Assembly (NCBI GenBank): GCA_964016885.1
Contig: OZ024743.1
Location: 84,382,001-84,446,000, forward strand
Reading direction: 5' to 3'
From: Eledone cirrhosa
Lineage: Eukaryota
Length of the DNA stretch: 64,000 bases
In this document: one piece after another, positions 35,934-49,833 of the stretch
Numbering within the stretch: the first letter of the stretch is position 1
Layout of the letters: every line of letters starts with the position of its first letter
Notes under the pieces: generated by a model
Database searches by the model: none
What the model saw: the letters and a program-made list of their open reading frames with translations, nothing else
What the model was told of the DNA's origin: nothing
Made by a program: the position numbers and the translations under genes

Positions 35934-35984
35934 AGTTTAAGCAAAGAATCGCTGCTTTCACCCTTAACGGGATCTTCTGAAACT
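35934..35984 (-). ncRNA. hammerhead-fold motif, U4A variant (family C)
   Basis: identical core to 34536. Confidence 0.6.
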
Positions 35985-36122
35985 AACAAAGTTAATCTGT
36001 AAACGCAGAAGTGGATATTTCAAAAAACGTTGCAACCGGAAGAAGACAGGAGGACGATACTTTGGTTCGTGGAAACATTCCTTATGCAAATAATTAATGG
36101 TATAAACATAACATATACTTAG

Positions 36123-36660
36123 CTACCACAGCAAGTCGTAAAATATCCACGTATAGATCGCACTATCCGATAGGGTATAATGTGGGGCTGTAATACAGGA
36201 AAGTTTTGTGCAATTTATGTTTACAGCCGAAATTGCCTCAGATTTTTTGTTTAAGATGTGGTCTGTGGCGTAGAGTATTTCCAGGGCCTCAGCGGCGCAG
36301 AGGTCACATGGTCTTTTATTTCCGTTATACGATCTAGCCCTAGCTAGGATCTCCCAGTGTAACTTATATTGGGTGTGGTTGTCTTTTAGACTCCAGATAT
36401 AAGCTGAAAGTGACGTCATATTCCTTCCTAGAGGGTAACGAAAAGAATGGGTATGCATGTAAAGACGCTGCTTGAATCTATTGGCGGTTAACCCTATGTA
36501 GGCCCTATGGGATGTGGGTGTTTCAACCTTACATTTGTAGACAATGTTACTAGAGACGCATTTCCCGGATAGGGGGCAATCAACCCGATTCCTACAATTA
36601 CAGTTAGTACTAACTACAGGGTTGCACGTGTTCCTATGGCTAGGTAGTTTATGTAGTTTA
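36123..36660 (-). pseudogene. PLE Cys-rich linker and GIY-YIG endonuclease fragment
   Basis: open frame CNCRNRVDCPLSGKC..NIVYKC..AYIGLTANRFKQR..H..TSLSAYIW..CDLC..E..ILNKKSE. Confidence 0.88.
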
Positions 36661-36738
36661 AGGGTGAAAGCAGCGATTCTTTGCTTAAACTTTAATCTGT
36701 TATTTTAATAAATTTTTGCTCTACGGTTCTTATATATT

Positions 36739-36779
<41 letters not shown>

Positions 36780-36824
36780 GATTCCTGATGATTTGATATA
36801 TATATATATATATATATATATAAT

Positions 36825-36873
36825 GATTCCTGATGATTTCTAATGAATGAAACAGTTCTAGTCCTGTAGAATC
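36825..36873 (+). ncRNA. type I hammerhead ribozyme (family A)
   Basis: GATTC-CTGATGA-..-GAAACAG..CTGTA-GAATC; aborted copy at ~36780-36795. Confidence 0.75.
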
Positions 36874-37289
36874 TCATCTATATTAAAACTTATATATATA
36901 TATATATATATATAATGAATATATATATATATATATATATTCTGAATATATATATATATATATATCATCATCATCATCACTGTTTTACGTCCATTCTTCC
37001 ATGCTAGCATGGGTTATATATTCATAATATATATATATATATATATTATGAATATATATATATATATAATGAATATATATATATACAATGAATATATATA
37101 TATACAATGAATATATATATGTATAATGAATATATATATATATATATAATGAATATATATATATATAATGAATATATATATATATAATGAATATATATAT
37201 GTATAATGAATATATATATGTATAATGAATATATATATAATGAATATATATATGTATAATGAATATATATATAATGAATATATATATAA

Positions 37290-37323
<34 letters not shown>

Positions 37324-37340
37324 GTGTATATATATATATA

Positions 37341-37376
<36 letters not shown>

Positions 37377-37377
37377 G

Positions 37378-37533
37378 CAATTACCCAGTGTATTACTGGT
37401 ACTTTATTTTATCGACCCCGTAAGGATGAAAAGCAAAGTCAACCTCGGCGGGATTTGAACTCAGATCGTAAAGGGACGTAACTATGCTGGAAAGCATGGC
37501 GTCCAACTCTCTACCGATACTGCCAATCCACCG
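37378..37533 (-). mobile_element. tRNA-derived SINE (family 2)
   Basis: A-box and B-box, shared body. Confidence 0.8.
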
Positions 37534-37534
<1 letters not shown>

Positions 37535-37602
<68 letters not shown>

Positions 37603-37620
37603 GAATATATATATATATAA

Positions 37621-37682
<62 letters not shown>

Positions 37683-38295
37683 GAATATATATATATATAT
37701 AATGAATATATATATATATATAATGAATATATATATATATATAATGAATATATATATATATATATATAATGAATATATATATATATATATAATGAATATA
37801 TATATATATAATGAATATATATATATATATAATGAATATATATATATATAATGAATATATATATATATAATGAATATATATATATAATGAATATATATAT
37901 ATATATAATGAATATATATATATATATAATTAATATATATATATATAATGAATATATATATATATAATGAATATATATATTATGAACATATATAAATATA
38001 TATATAATGAATATATATATAATATATATATATATTATGAATATATATATAATATATATATATATTATGAATATATATATAATATATATATATATTATGA
38101 ATATATATATAATATATATATATATTATGAATATATATATATATTATGAATATATATATATATATATATTATGAATATATATATATATTATGAATATATA
38201 TATATATTATGAATATATATATATTATGAATATAAATATATATATATATATATATACACCCATGTATATATTATGAATATATATACATATGAACA
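37535..38295. repeat. (ATGAAT(AT)n) satellite
   Basis: direct reading; similar arrays at 34610-34840 and 37020-37330. Confidence 0.93.
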
Positions 38296-38739
38296 TATAT
38301 ATATATCCCGTCTAACCCATGCTAGTTTGGAAGATAGAAGTTAAACGATGATGATGATGATGATATATATAAACGTGTATGTGTGTATGTGCGTGTGTAT
38401 ATATATATATACACACATATATATTTAAACTACATAATTCCTCCTTTATTTGAAATTACAGCCTAAGACTATTCCGGGGCCTAAGCACAACAGAAATGGT
38501 GTGAAAGTAAATTAAAGGAGAGAGGCTCTGGTTGAAAATCTCTGAAGTGAGGGAAGTATATGCCAAAAATATTATAAAGTTAAAAAACTAATTCCAAATT
38601 TTCTTCCATCTCCAGAATAAAGTGAAATTAGAAAAAGGAATGAGAATATATCCCAAACTGAGTATACAGACATATTAACCATTATATATACATGTTATAG
38701 ATATATACATGTATATATCTGTCTGTCTATGCATGAATA

Positions 38740-38776
<37 letters not shown>

Positions 38777-38777
38777 G

Positions 38778-38861
<84 letters not shown>

Positions 38862-41800
38862 GTGTGTATGTTTATATGTACTTACACACATGTAGATAAA
38901 TGTAAGTGTATATATATATTCACACATATATAGGTTTATATATATATATAATATATATACACCAGAAAAACTGAAAGGTAGCTAGTAGGGGGTGGCAGGA
39001 AGAACAGATGAAAAAAAAAATCTACAATTTTTCCATTTCCTCCAAACTTAGCTCCACCTTCCACATCATGCCTCCGCTACCGCCACCACCACCACCATCT
39101 CCACCATCACCATCATCAAAGTCAAAGTCAATGTATCAGTAGTTTGTATGGGTTAGAATACTGTTAGCCATATTTAGCAAAGTTTACCATTTGTGGTCTA
39201 GCACCATTTTGATGCTTCGATTCATTCACCATCCAACAGGGTGGACACCCGCTTGCTGGAGCAACACTCATTACAAAATTATTTCATCATTGAACAGGCA
39301 GCTATACCATTTTAATGCCCCTGAACTTAACAATCACTTAAAAGATCTTCTACTTTCCAGCTGCCCACCCTTTCCACTAAAATGGACCTACCCTGAACCA
39401 GAGCTGGCACCCAGACCAAGAGAGTATAAGAAGCAGCTTATAAAAGACAGAAGCCTTCTGATTTGCTTACTCTGTCATTGAATCTGATTGGCTGACCGAA
39501 ACAGTTGAATATCTCATCTTAACTGAAATTGGTGAAACTATCTCATGCTTTGATACAGTGTGGAGCTTTAAGGAACCCTGGTTAGGGGGCAGCAACTACC
39601 AAAGAAGATTTTTTCACTGCCTCTTAAGCCTGAACCTTTGCTGCTGCCGGAGGAGTCTAAAGCTTTCTGGTCTCATCCAAAAGTAATATTGAAATGTTTT
39701 ATTATTTCAAGTAGCCTTAATTTTAAATAATACTGTTTACTGTTTAAATGAAGTGAAGATTGCCGAGGTGGAGTGGATGTACAACAACGTTCATGCCGTG
39801 CACAAGTCACATTCTTCTTTACTATCTCATAGATTTACTCCAAGTATGGAATGTAAAGAAGTATGTTCTCTGTGCATGGAAGTGCAACATTCCAGAAACC
39901 AAGCGACACCAATGTTAATCCACTATCCCAGCTGTGTCATTTAAGATACATCACTAAATCCATTACAGCAGATTTACACAAATAAGGTGAGTTTTAATAA
40001 GATGATGTGGCTACTCCTATATGTAAAAACCAAAATTTCATTTATGACATTTTCAATATCTTAACTAAGTGAGAGAGTGCTTGTGTGTGTGTGCTTGTAC
40101 ATGTGTGCGAGTGTCGAAATCTAGAGATCTTTTCAAAGATTTTTGAAATCTATTTTATTTCAGTTACCAAAAATATTTTCCAATAATATTCTGAATAACT
40201 TCCGATTCCATATTAACTAATTTGATTCTTTTGTCTTTGAAATTTTACCAGTCTTGAGAAAAAAAAATATAACAAAATAAAATATAAAATAGATGAAGTA
40301 AAAATGGATTTCAAAATCTACTGAAGATTTCTGTTTGTCACTAATCTGGCTGTGGTGCTCCCATGATGCACTAGTAGGGAGAGAATTTCTCTTCAATACC
40401 TTGTATGGAAGAATTGCAAGACTTTTTTTAACTGAGATCATTCTAAGAATGATAAAGCTAAAAGATAATGAAACCAATTAGGAAATTTTAGCTACTAATA
40501 TCAAAAATAGAGGGTTTTTTTGTCAACTTTTATTCTCCATTGCTTTTGGATAGGGAAAACCTTTAGAAAGTTTTAGATTTTCAAAAAATATTTCTAAAAA
40601 ATATTTTTTTTTCAGGTAACAAATTTAAAAACAAAAAATTAAAACTACTGGGTTACTATTGAGTGAGGATTTAAATTAAACCAACTGATTAATTAAAAAA
40701 AGAAAAGAATATGTTTTTAAAAAAGAAAAACGTTTTACTTGAAAAGTCAAAGAATTTGTTAGAGGTCACATTTAACCCAACCCATATGGAATTAATTCTA
40801 TGGCAGCCAGTGATATCTGTCCAACACCAATTCTAGAATTGTATTTTAAATTCCAAACTCAACATGTTTCTTTGACTACAGTAAACTGTCTCTCTTTTCT
40901 CTCTCACCCCCTAAAATCACTTATCTTTTCATCTGCTTGCCAAAGTCAGCACAAAAGTTAGTGTACAATGAAATATTTCAAGGAACTACTGTAAAGAAAA
41001 GGGTGTGTAGAAGGAAGAGAGAGAGAGACAGAAATTCCAAGACTAGGTAGCAGAAGCTGATATAGATGGTAGCAGGGTTTCTGAATGTCTAGCAGGATTA
41101 AGTTACATACATCTAAATTTAGACATAGATTGTCTGGCTACTGTTCTAAGAAGATTCAGCTAATTTTGCTTCTGCCATTGCCCAAGTCAATAGAATAAGA
41201 AGGGGGAGGGGGGCTGTCGAAAAGTTCTAGAAGTTTGATGAACAGTCAGTCATTGCAAAAAAATTAATTTTATTTATCAGGAAACATTTGGGTTGGGTCT
41301 TTTTAAAATGTAAAAATGAGAATTTTAAAGTTAAAAGCTTTCTAACACTGATTTAAAATTATATATAAAATGTATTTATATTTATGTAGATTCTTTATAA
41401 TGCAAATCTTAGAATCTATCTAAAATAAAATTTGAACATACCAAAACTTTTATTAAAAGTTAGCGGGCTTTCTGAAACTAAGTTACATAACTTGAAAAGT
41501 TCTATATGAAATATTTAAAATTATGTACAGGTTCTTTGTAGAAAAACAATTCTTTGAATCTATTAGTAATAAAACTGGAATTTATAAACATACTAAAAAT
41601 GTAAAGATAAATCTTTTATATTAAAAAAATCCCTGAATATCACCAAAATTTTCATTTTCTTTTCCCTTCTCCCTTTAACTATCAGCAGATCATATTCTCC
41701 AATAAAACGCCATTTATGACCTACTAAATGGCTTGGAAGTTTTCATTAACATCTTAACAGTCTTATAGCAGAAGAATTTGTTAAGAATATATATATATTA

Positions 41801-42404
41801 TCAAAAGTCTGATAGAATTCCATGATGTTTCCACCCCCATTCTGTCTAATATTAAAGCACCAGTCCGGTATAATGTTCTAGCGTTTTCTCTGCATGATTC
41901 ATTTCTAGCTTTTTCTGTTGGCATTAGTCTTTTCAGGGTAGTGTGGTACCTAAGAAGCAAGGCGGCAGTGAAGATTTTCATCCAATAAAAATCATAAGTC
42001 TATTTGACACACTTAAAGTTTAAATTATTTGCAACGTTCTTATACTCCAAGACAATAATCAACTGAAGAAGAAAATAAAACTTCATTGAAATTAAACCTA
42101 TTTTGTATTGATTGTTTTTATTATTATTTTTTCCCCTATCCCAAAAAAAAATGAAACAATTTTCATGATGTTTTTGCAAACCTTAGATTTCAGAAACTTC
42201 AGCAACAATTTCTATAACACCACCAAGAGAAATTTAACATTACTTATCTGACCTAAATAAGTTTTTATGATAGAAAAATGATGTGTCTTGCCTCACCATA
42301 TTTTTTTTTTTCTTCTCTGAATTAAAGTTACTTTATTAATAATGTGGATTGAGAATCTAAGTTATTCCAGCTAAAATTACAGAAGTATTTGTAATTCTGG
42401 AATC

Positions 42405-43140
42405 ATTAGTACAAGTGTAACAGTTGACGATATATATCATTCTATAGCTAGCCATATACCAAGCCCTTGGCATCATCAGTACTAGTGTAACCGTCAAACA
42501 GTTGACGATATATATCATTCTATAACTAGCCATATACCAAGCCCTTGGCATCATCAGTACTAGTGTAACCGTCAAACAGTTGACGATATATATTATTCTA
42601 TAACTAGCCATATACCAAGGGCTTGGTATCATCGGTATTAGTGTAACTGTCAAACAGTTGATATATATTATTCTATAGTTAGCCATATACCCGGCCCCTG
42701 GCATCGTTGGTGCTAGTATAAAAAGTAAATGCTTGAAAATATAAATATATATTACTTTATAACTAGCTATGAACTGAGTCCTTGGCATCATTTGTGCTAG
42801 TGTAACAGCCAAACAGTAGACATTATCTATTATTCTATAACTTGTTATGTACAAAACCCCTGGCATTGTCGGTACTAGTATAACTATCAAATGATTGACT
42901 ATATATATAATTTTATATCTGGTGCTAGTGTAACAAGTAGATGGGTGAAAATATAAATATATATATATATCTTTATAACTAGTTATGTTCCAGACCCCTC
43001 GTATTTGATAGTAGTATAACGGTCAAATACTTGACAACATTCTATCACCAGCTACATACCAAGTCAGTGGCATCGTTGGTTCTAGTCAAATGGTTGACAA
43101 TATATATATATTATTCTATCACAAGTAATGTACCAAATCA
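42405..43140. repeat. 78-bp tandem minisatellite, decaying to the right
   Basis: CAGTTGACGA at 42421, 42499 and 42577. Confidence 0.92.
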
Positions 43141-46100
43141 TTAACAGTTTAGTCCATTAGAGTTGAAAAAGAGAAGTGATACAATCCACGTCTGTAAGCA
43201 CATGAGATTGTATAATTAAGAAATGTCCCCATTGGCGCCAACACCAAATACTGGCCTCACATACTCCCACGGGCTACTGACAGAGGAAGACAGATGCCAA
43301 CAGCAGATTTATTATCTAATACTTTCTAGGAATGGTGACCTCTGCTAAAGTCGCTGCAATATAATAATAATAAGCACAATCACCAGACTAAGAGATTGTG
43401 GTTCTCCGAGACAGGAGATGATGCACTGAAGAATGGAGGAGGAACAGAGTATGATAGAAAATATTTAGAGGACATGGAGAAGAGACAGCGTATGGTAGGA
43501 ATTATATAGGGAATATGGAGGACAGATTGGAAATATCTGTAGAATAATAAAAACATATTTTCACTGAGAAAATATCATTATCCAGTGTTGATATATTCGA
43601 TAGAGAGACAGGTGTGTATATGTTGTTGGCAGGTAAGCAACAACAACCACATAAGGATGGCACACAGTTCAGAACTAATTAATTGAAGTTTTTTATTCTG
43701 TGAAACTGGGAGAAAACTTCCATATGCATGTGTTTATTTGTATAGTATGTGTGTGTATATATATATATGTACACACACACACATACATACATACACATAG
43801 ATATATATGTATACACATACATAGCGTGTGTATAGTGGAAAATAGTGTGACAAACACTAGATATCTGGTGTGTGTTAAAAAACTGGACAGTTACACGATA
43901 AGAGGTAAGTAAACCCAGCTCCAACTGATTGTCAGTGTTAGGGTAATAACTCTAAACATATGTTGGATAGGTGTGTGTGTATATATATATATACAGTTCT
44001 GTTTGGGCAAGGCACAGTCACCTGATCTGACTTGTCTCACAGCAGGACAACTCATCTTACCCATGCTATAGTGGAAAAATGGACATTAAACGGTGATGAT
44101 GACGATATATACACACATATACATGCAGTGTGTACCCTGATTTTTAAAATAGGTTTACTGCATCCCTGCGTGTTGTAAAAAGCAACTGAAAGGGTTGGTG
44201 TCAAGAAGGACATCAGGCTGTAAAAAAAATGGCTCAAACTAGCCCATCCAAACACATGCCAACATGGAAAACTGGACATAAAGATGAAGTACATTCATAT
44301 ACACACACACAAAGGGGTCAATTTGGTAGAGTTATTAGAGAGTTGGATATTTGTTGCAAGTCTGGAGTTCAAATCCTGCCATGGTCTACTTTTGCCTTTC
44401 ATCCTTTTGGGGTCTTTAAAGAAAGTACCATCCCAGTCCTAGTGCAGCCCCCTCCCCTTGCAGGTGTCACATCCTGGATGCTCTACTGGATTGAAGGAAG
44501 GTGGGGGCTGTCTGTGCTTGCTGATGACTATATGGGCACCTAAAATTCCTTTAGGGGTCAATAAAGAAAATACCAGCCCAGTGCTGGTGCAGCCCTCCTT
44601 CCAGGTATCACATTTAGGATCAAAGAAAGTGGTCCAGGTCGAGAGGGTGTTGTGTCTGCTGGTGACTACATGGGGCATCTAAAACACTAACAAAAGCATG
44701 GTACATATATAAATATATTATATAGAGTTGGGACGGCTGCACTCTGGTTCCAGACTGATTGATATATATTTATGAACCTCCAGTCCACTTAGCTGGCAAA
44801 AATAAGTTGTACTTATAGTTCACATAGCCAGCCTTGTTACACTATGTTGAGCTAAATCTCCCTGAGAACTACACATATCTGGAATGCTCAGCCACTTACA
44901 TGCTAATTTTATGAAGAGGCAGTTCTGATGATCGAATCAACTGGAGCACTCACTGATAGAGTTCCAACTGCAACACATATCACCTCAGTACCTGTCCACC
45001 TTAGAGCTGAACACATACCTGACATATGGGGCTGTATTATGTAAATTAACTCTCAGCAACTTATCAGTAACCCTTTTATTACCATATTTATAATGAAATA
45101 CATATTTTAATTAACCTTTTGCTATGAAACCACCCAGGTTTTATGATAGAAAACCTCCCCAATTAAAAGCTTCCATCAAAATTTTTAGAAATAATATTTT
45201 AAATATTGTTCCAAACTATTTAACATTTAAACTGGCCATATCCAGCCAGAATTCGCTCACCCTTTCTGTCCAAACTTGCTGTAACCAGCCGCTCAAACTG
45301 ATATTAAGGTATTGTTTTCAAAATAAATAATATCAAAATCTCATAGATTCGATATTATGTGAGGTAAAGCCTTTACCATGAAAATACAATAATAAATATA
45401 GAGTAATGTAAATGGTAAAGGGTTAATAATCTAAAGATTATTTTATTAAACCCCTCCAAATTTTTTTAGATTTTCAGAATTAATTGAAACAAAAATGTTA
45501 TTAGAAATACAGTAACAAAAGGATTTGGCGGAATCTACTAAAATATTACTTATTCCATTAAGATGGTATTTGTTATATAACTTAAAAGGTTCTTATACCA
45601 AATAATGGAATATTTAGTTTAAGTATAAACCTTTGAAAAAGGGTGGTTTTGTTTCACAGAGGAGAGAGGGTTTAGTATTAAGAGGGTTAATAACTAACCC
45701 TTTTCACACCAAGACTATTTGAAATCACCCTTTATTCTACAACACAAAGCTGTTTATTTCATAGTGTATATATTTATCTAAATTGCAAGAACATTTAAGT
45801 TATCTTCCAAATACCAGCTTAATAATGACGATGCTATTTTACTAAATCTTTCCAATCTTTTAATTATTTAAAAATTATAGGTAGCGGAAATATGGTAACA
45901 AAAGCGCTAAAGAATTTCCTCTGGCATGTCATTACCTAGTTAATGACATACCAGTCATTAACTAGGTATTTCTATAGTTCTAGATACATGTGTATATATG
46001 AAAGAATTGGGATCCCGACGGCTGAGCTCTTGCCATTTTAACGTCAAGGTCTCAACTTTTTCATATTACCCCACTCTACTACCCCATATATCGAGTACTC

Positions 46101-46967
46101 TGGTCAGTAATGGGCTAACATGTTTTTACTGCATCCATTTTGATACATGTGTGTGTGTATATATATACATATGATTAGTACAATATATGTATGAACCTAT
46201 AACTCCTGATAGAGTGAAAGGGACATTTTAACCTTTTCATGACTGCATTTCTAATGAAATACACTTTATTTTAATTAATTAATGAAAAATTTTGAGGGAT
46301 TTGCTAAAATTATTAATTATTTCATTAACAAGATGGTTACTTAATGTAAGCTTCTTATATAAAATTATGTTGGAAGATTTTAATTTAAATCGAAAACCTT
46401 TAAAATGAGTGGTTTTAATTCATAGAACCAAAACCGGTTTTGGCTGGTTAGATAACTAAAGGGTTAAACCAAGTGGAGCTCATCCTTCTTCAGCTGACTT
46501 TTTCCAGAGGAGAAAATGATAGAAAAGACAGGAGAAAGCGATATAGAGGAAAAATCCTTCCCAGTACTGGACTGGCACTTTTTTATCAACCTCAAAATAA
46601 TGAAAAGCAAAGTTGACCCCAGCAGTATTGAAACTCAGAGCACAGAAAGGGGGAATGGAACCACAAAGCATTCTATCAGATGTTCTAAGGATTCTGCCAA
46701 TTTGCCACCTACTATCTATGTAAAAAATACATATATATATAATTATCATTCATTTAAGGTCCACTCTCCCTGCTAGTAAATGTTGTCCAGGTTGTCAACA
46801 GACTGGGTTAGTAGTTAAAGTTGAGGTACTAACCCCATGGTGGGCCAGGGTCCTACATCTCACATACATTACTAACAGCGAAAACTAACATTAAATAATC
46901 GTCAGGAGGATATGCTAGCCTGGAAAATGGATGTTAAACAATGATGATGATATATATATATATATAT

Positions 46968-47120
46968 TGGTGTTAGGAAGGGCATCCAGCTGTAGAAAAC
47001 CTGCCAGACAGCCCTATACGAGCGAGACATGGGCACCCGACCAATCTTGCCTCAAGTAGGACAATTCCCGTCCAAACCCATGCTAGCATGGAAGATAGAC
47101 GTTAAACGTTGATGATGATG
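46968..47120 (+). mobile_element. RTE 3' tail fragment
   Basis: GGTGTTAGGAAGGGCATCC...GACGTTAAACGTT(GAT)n. Confidence 0.8.
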
Positions 47121-47560
47121 ATATAAATCATTACCATACTGGAGCATAATTCATCCCTTTCTAGAGTATAGTCAACTACATTCATTTTCTTACCAGGTCC
47201 TTAATTTATCGACCTGGTCGGGTTTAAACAAAGAATATAAAGGGATATAATCAAATAGCTCAAGATATTACGTTGAATGCTCTACTGATTTTATTAACCA
47301 CTAATATCTCTCTCTCTTGCTTTATTTTTTATCATTTATTTTGTTTTGACCTGTTTAGCTTGATTTAGTTTTGGGCTTGGGTGGTTAATGCCTTCTTGAC
47401 CACCTTTTCAGTTTTGTATGGCTTCTTAACACATTGTTCAGCTCTGGTTTTTAACTATTGAGCACTTTGCCAGTATCATTTCTGATTTTTGCGTTTCGCT
47501 TCGCTTTTCCTGCCCGCCAAAAATGCGATTCTCGCTGAATCTTTATTTGTATATATATAT

Positions 47561-49238
47561 AGCAGTGTTAGTCGAGGGGAGTATAATAAGTAAGGCAATC
47601 AAGGATATGAAGACTGGTAAGGTGGCTGGGCCTTCGGAAATAGTTGCTGAGATGCTGAAGGCATCTGGCACGGTGGGACACACCATGGTCACCCGCATAG
47701 TTAACCAAGTCGTACAGAATGGGGTTGTTCCGAAGGACTGGCATAGCAGCATCATCGTTAACTGTTATAAGGGTAAAGGAGACGCCCTAGATAGGAGTAA
47801 CTATAGAGGCATTAAATTAATCGACCAGGTCATGAAGGTCACGGAAAAAGTAATAGCGCAACTAATCAGAGAGAGAATTGATCTAGATGAAATGCAGTTC
47901 GGGTTTGTGTCAGGCAAAAGCACCACAGACGCTCTTTTCATAGTACGACAACTACAGGAGAAGTACCTAGCTAAAGGTAAACCCCTCTACTTAGCTTTTG
48001 TCGACCTGGAGAAAGCCTTCGACAGAGTCCCCCGCTCCATTATCTGGTGGGCTCTTAGAAAACTAGGCGTTGACGAATGGCTTGTGAGGGCTATACGAGC
48101 CATGTATAAAGAAACAGTCAGCAAGGTTAGAATTAACAACGAATATAGTGAAGAGTTTAGCGTAAAAGTTGGCGTCCATCAGGGCTCTGTTCTCAGCCCC
48201 CTACTATTTATTATTGCCCTTCAGGCTATAACAGAGGAGTTCAAGACAGGCTGCCCATGGGAACTCCTATACGCAGACGACCTGACACTCATAGCGGAAT
48301 CAATGGCCGAGCTAGAGAAGAAATTCCAAACATGGAAGCACGGCCTAGAGTCAAAAGGACTTAAAATTAACCTGGCTAAGACCAAAGTTCTAGTTTGTAG
48401 GAAAGAAAACAAGGCGGCGGTCCCTTCTGGGAAATGGTCGTGCTCGGTATGTAGGAAAGGCGTAGGTAGAAACTCCATCTTATGTCCTAAATGCAAAGTA
48501 TGGGTGCATAAAAGATGTAGTGGGATCACAGGTAAGCTAACTAAGAACATAGACTTTACATGTGGCCGGTGTTCTGGTGCAATAAGTAGCAGCAAGTGCC
48601 CACAAAATACTAGCTCTTTCAATTGCGCAGAGGGTTCTATAGAAATAGTGGACAGCTTCCGTTACCTGGGCGATAAAATCAGCAGTGGGGGAGGGTGCTC
48701 TGAAAGTACTGTAGCTAGAGTCAGAACTGGTTGGAAAAAGTTCAGAGAGCTTATACCACTATTAGCTGCTAAAGGGTTCTCCCTAAAAATGAAAGGCAGG
48801 TTGTACGATGCCTGCATACGAACAGCAATGTTGCATGGTAGTGAGACCTGGGCATTGTGTGCAGAGGATATATGCAGACTAGAGAGGAACGAAGCTTGCA
48901 TGCTCCGCTGGATGTGTAACAGTAATATACGTGAACGGCAAAGCATAAACGAACTAAGGAAAAAATTAGAGATAAGAGGGATCAGATGTTGTTTACTCGA
49001 GAGAAGGCTGCGTTGGTATGGACACGTGATGCGCATGAAAGTCGATAGCTGTATTACAAAGTGCAGGGCAATAAAGATAGACGGTAGCCACGGAATAGGC
49101 AGACCTAGAAAAACATGGGATGAGCTGATAAACTCCGACCTCACACACTTACACCTCTCCAAGACAATGTCACTGGACCGTGACCTTTGGCGGTACTCAG
49201 TAACAGAGAAGACCCGCCTTGCCAGTAGGCATCTCTAA
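47561..49238 (+). CDS. uninterrupted RTE reverse transcriptase with PHD-like finger (5'-truncated, no native start)
   Basis: QFGF, DLEKAFDRV, HQGSVLSP, YADD, FRYLG, RRLRWYGH; clearly homologous to the 11105 ORF. Confidence 0.9.
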
Positions 49239-49572
49239 CAAACTACACCCCGTCCCGCCACCACCCCCACCCCATCCACACCACCCCGTTCTATGTAAAG
49301 TTATGTTGGTGCCGCGCCATCCAGGCCGAAACAAATGAGATCGTGTAGGTGTCACGACAAAAAAACACACAGTCCACGCTGTAATGTGGCCGTGTAGGCA
49401 ACACGGTAAAAACCTCCCAGACCCACACTGTAAATGTGGTTGGTGTTAGGAAGGGCATCCAACTGTAGAAAACCTGCCAGACAGTCCTATGCGAGCAAGA
49501 CAATCACTCTTGCCTCAAGTGGGACTACCCCCGTCCAAACCCATGCAAGCGTGGAACACGGACGTTAAACGT

Positions 49573-49602
<30 letters not shown>
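47561..49602 (+). mobile_element. 5'-truncated RTE LINE with (GAT)n tail
   Basis: RT ORF plus 3' UTR; both ends abut short TA runs. Confidence 0.95.
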
Positions 49603-49603
<1 letters not shown>

Positions 49604-49794
49604 ATATATATATATGGAGAGAGAGAGAGATAATCACCATAATCCTTTTTATGTAAACTTTTCCATGTTGGCATAGGTCGGATGTGATTTTTGAGGTAAT
49701 GTTTTACACCCAGTGGCCCTTCCTGACACCAACCCTTTTAGCTGCTTATGACACAGGGATACAGTGCGCCTATTCTAAACTAGACATACACGGA

Positions 49795-49833
<39 letters not shown>

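Larger units (their letters stand above)
35912..36712 (-). mobile_element. 5'-truncated PLE: GIY-YIG fragment, 3' UTR with HHR, inverted partial terminal repeat at the 5' junction
   Basis: 35912-35966 is the reverse complement of 36659-36712. Confidence 0.8.

Noticed and set aside
42357-42890. 177-aa repetitive ORF and CTGATGA in the 78-bp minisatellite (minus strand) as a tandem HHR satellite
   Set aside because: The frame stays open because the unit is a multiple of 3; there is no GAAA at the required position after stem II, and CTGATGA is not kept in most units
43329-43638. Possible exon (TTTCTAG acceptor to CAG|GTAAGC donor)
   Set aside because: Stops in all three frames and no other support
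44925-44960. CTGATGA motif
   Set aside because: No GAAA or supporting stems; lies in a decayed repeat
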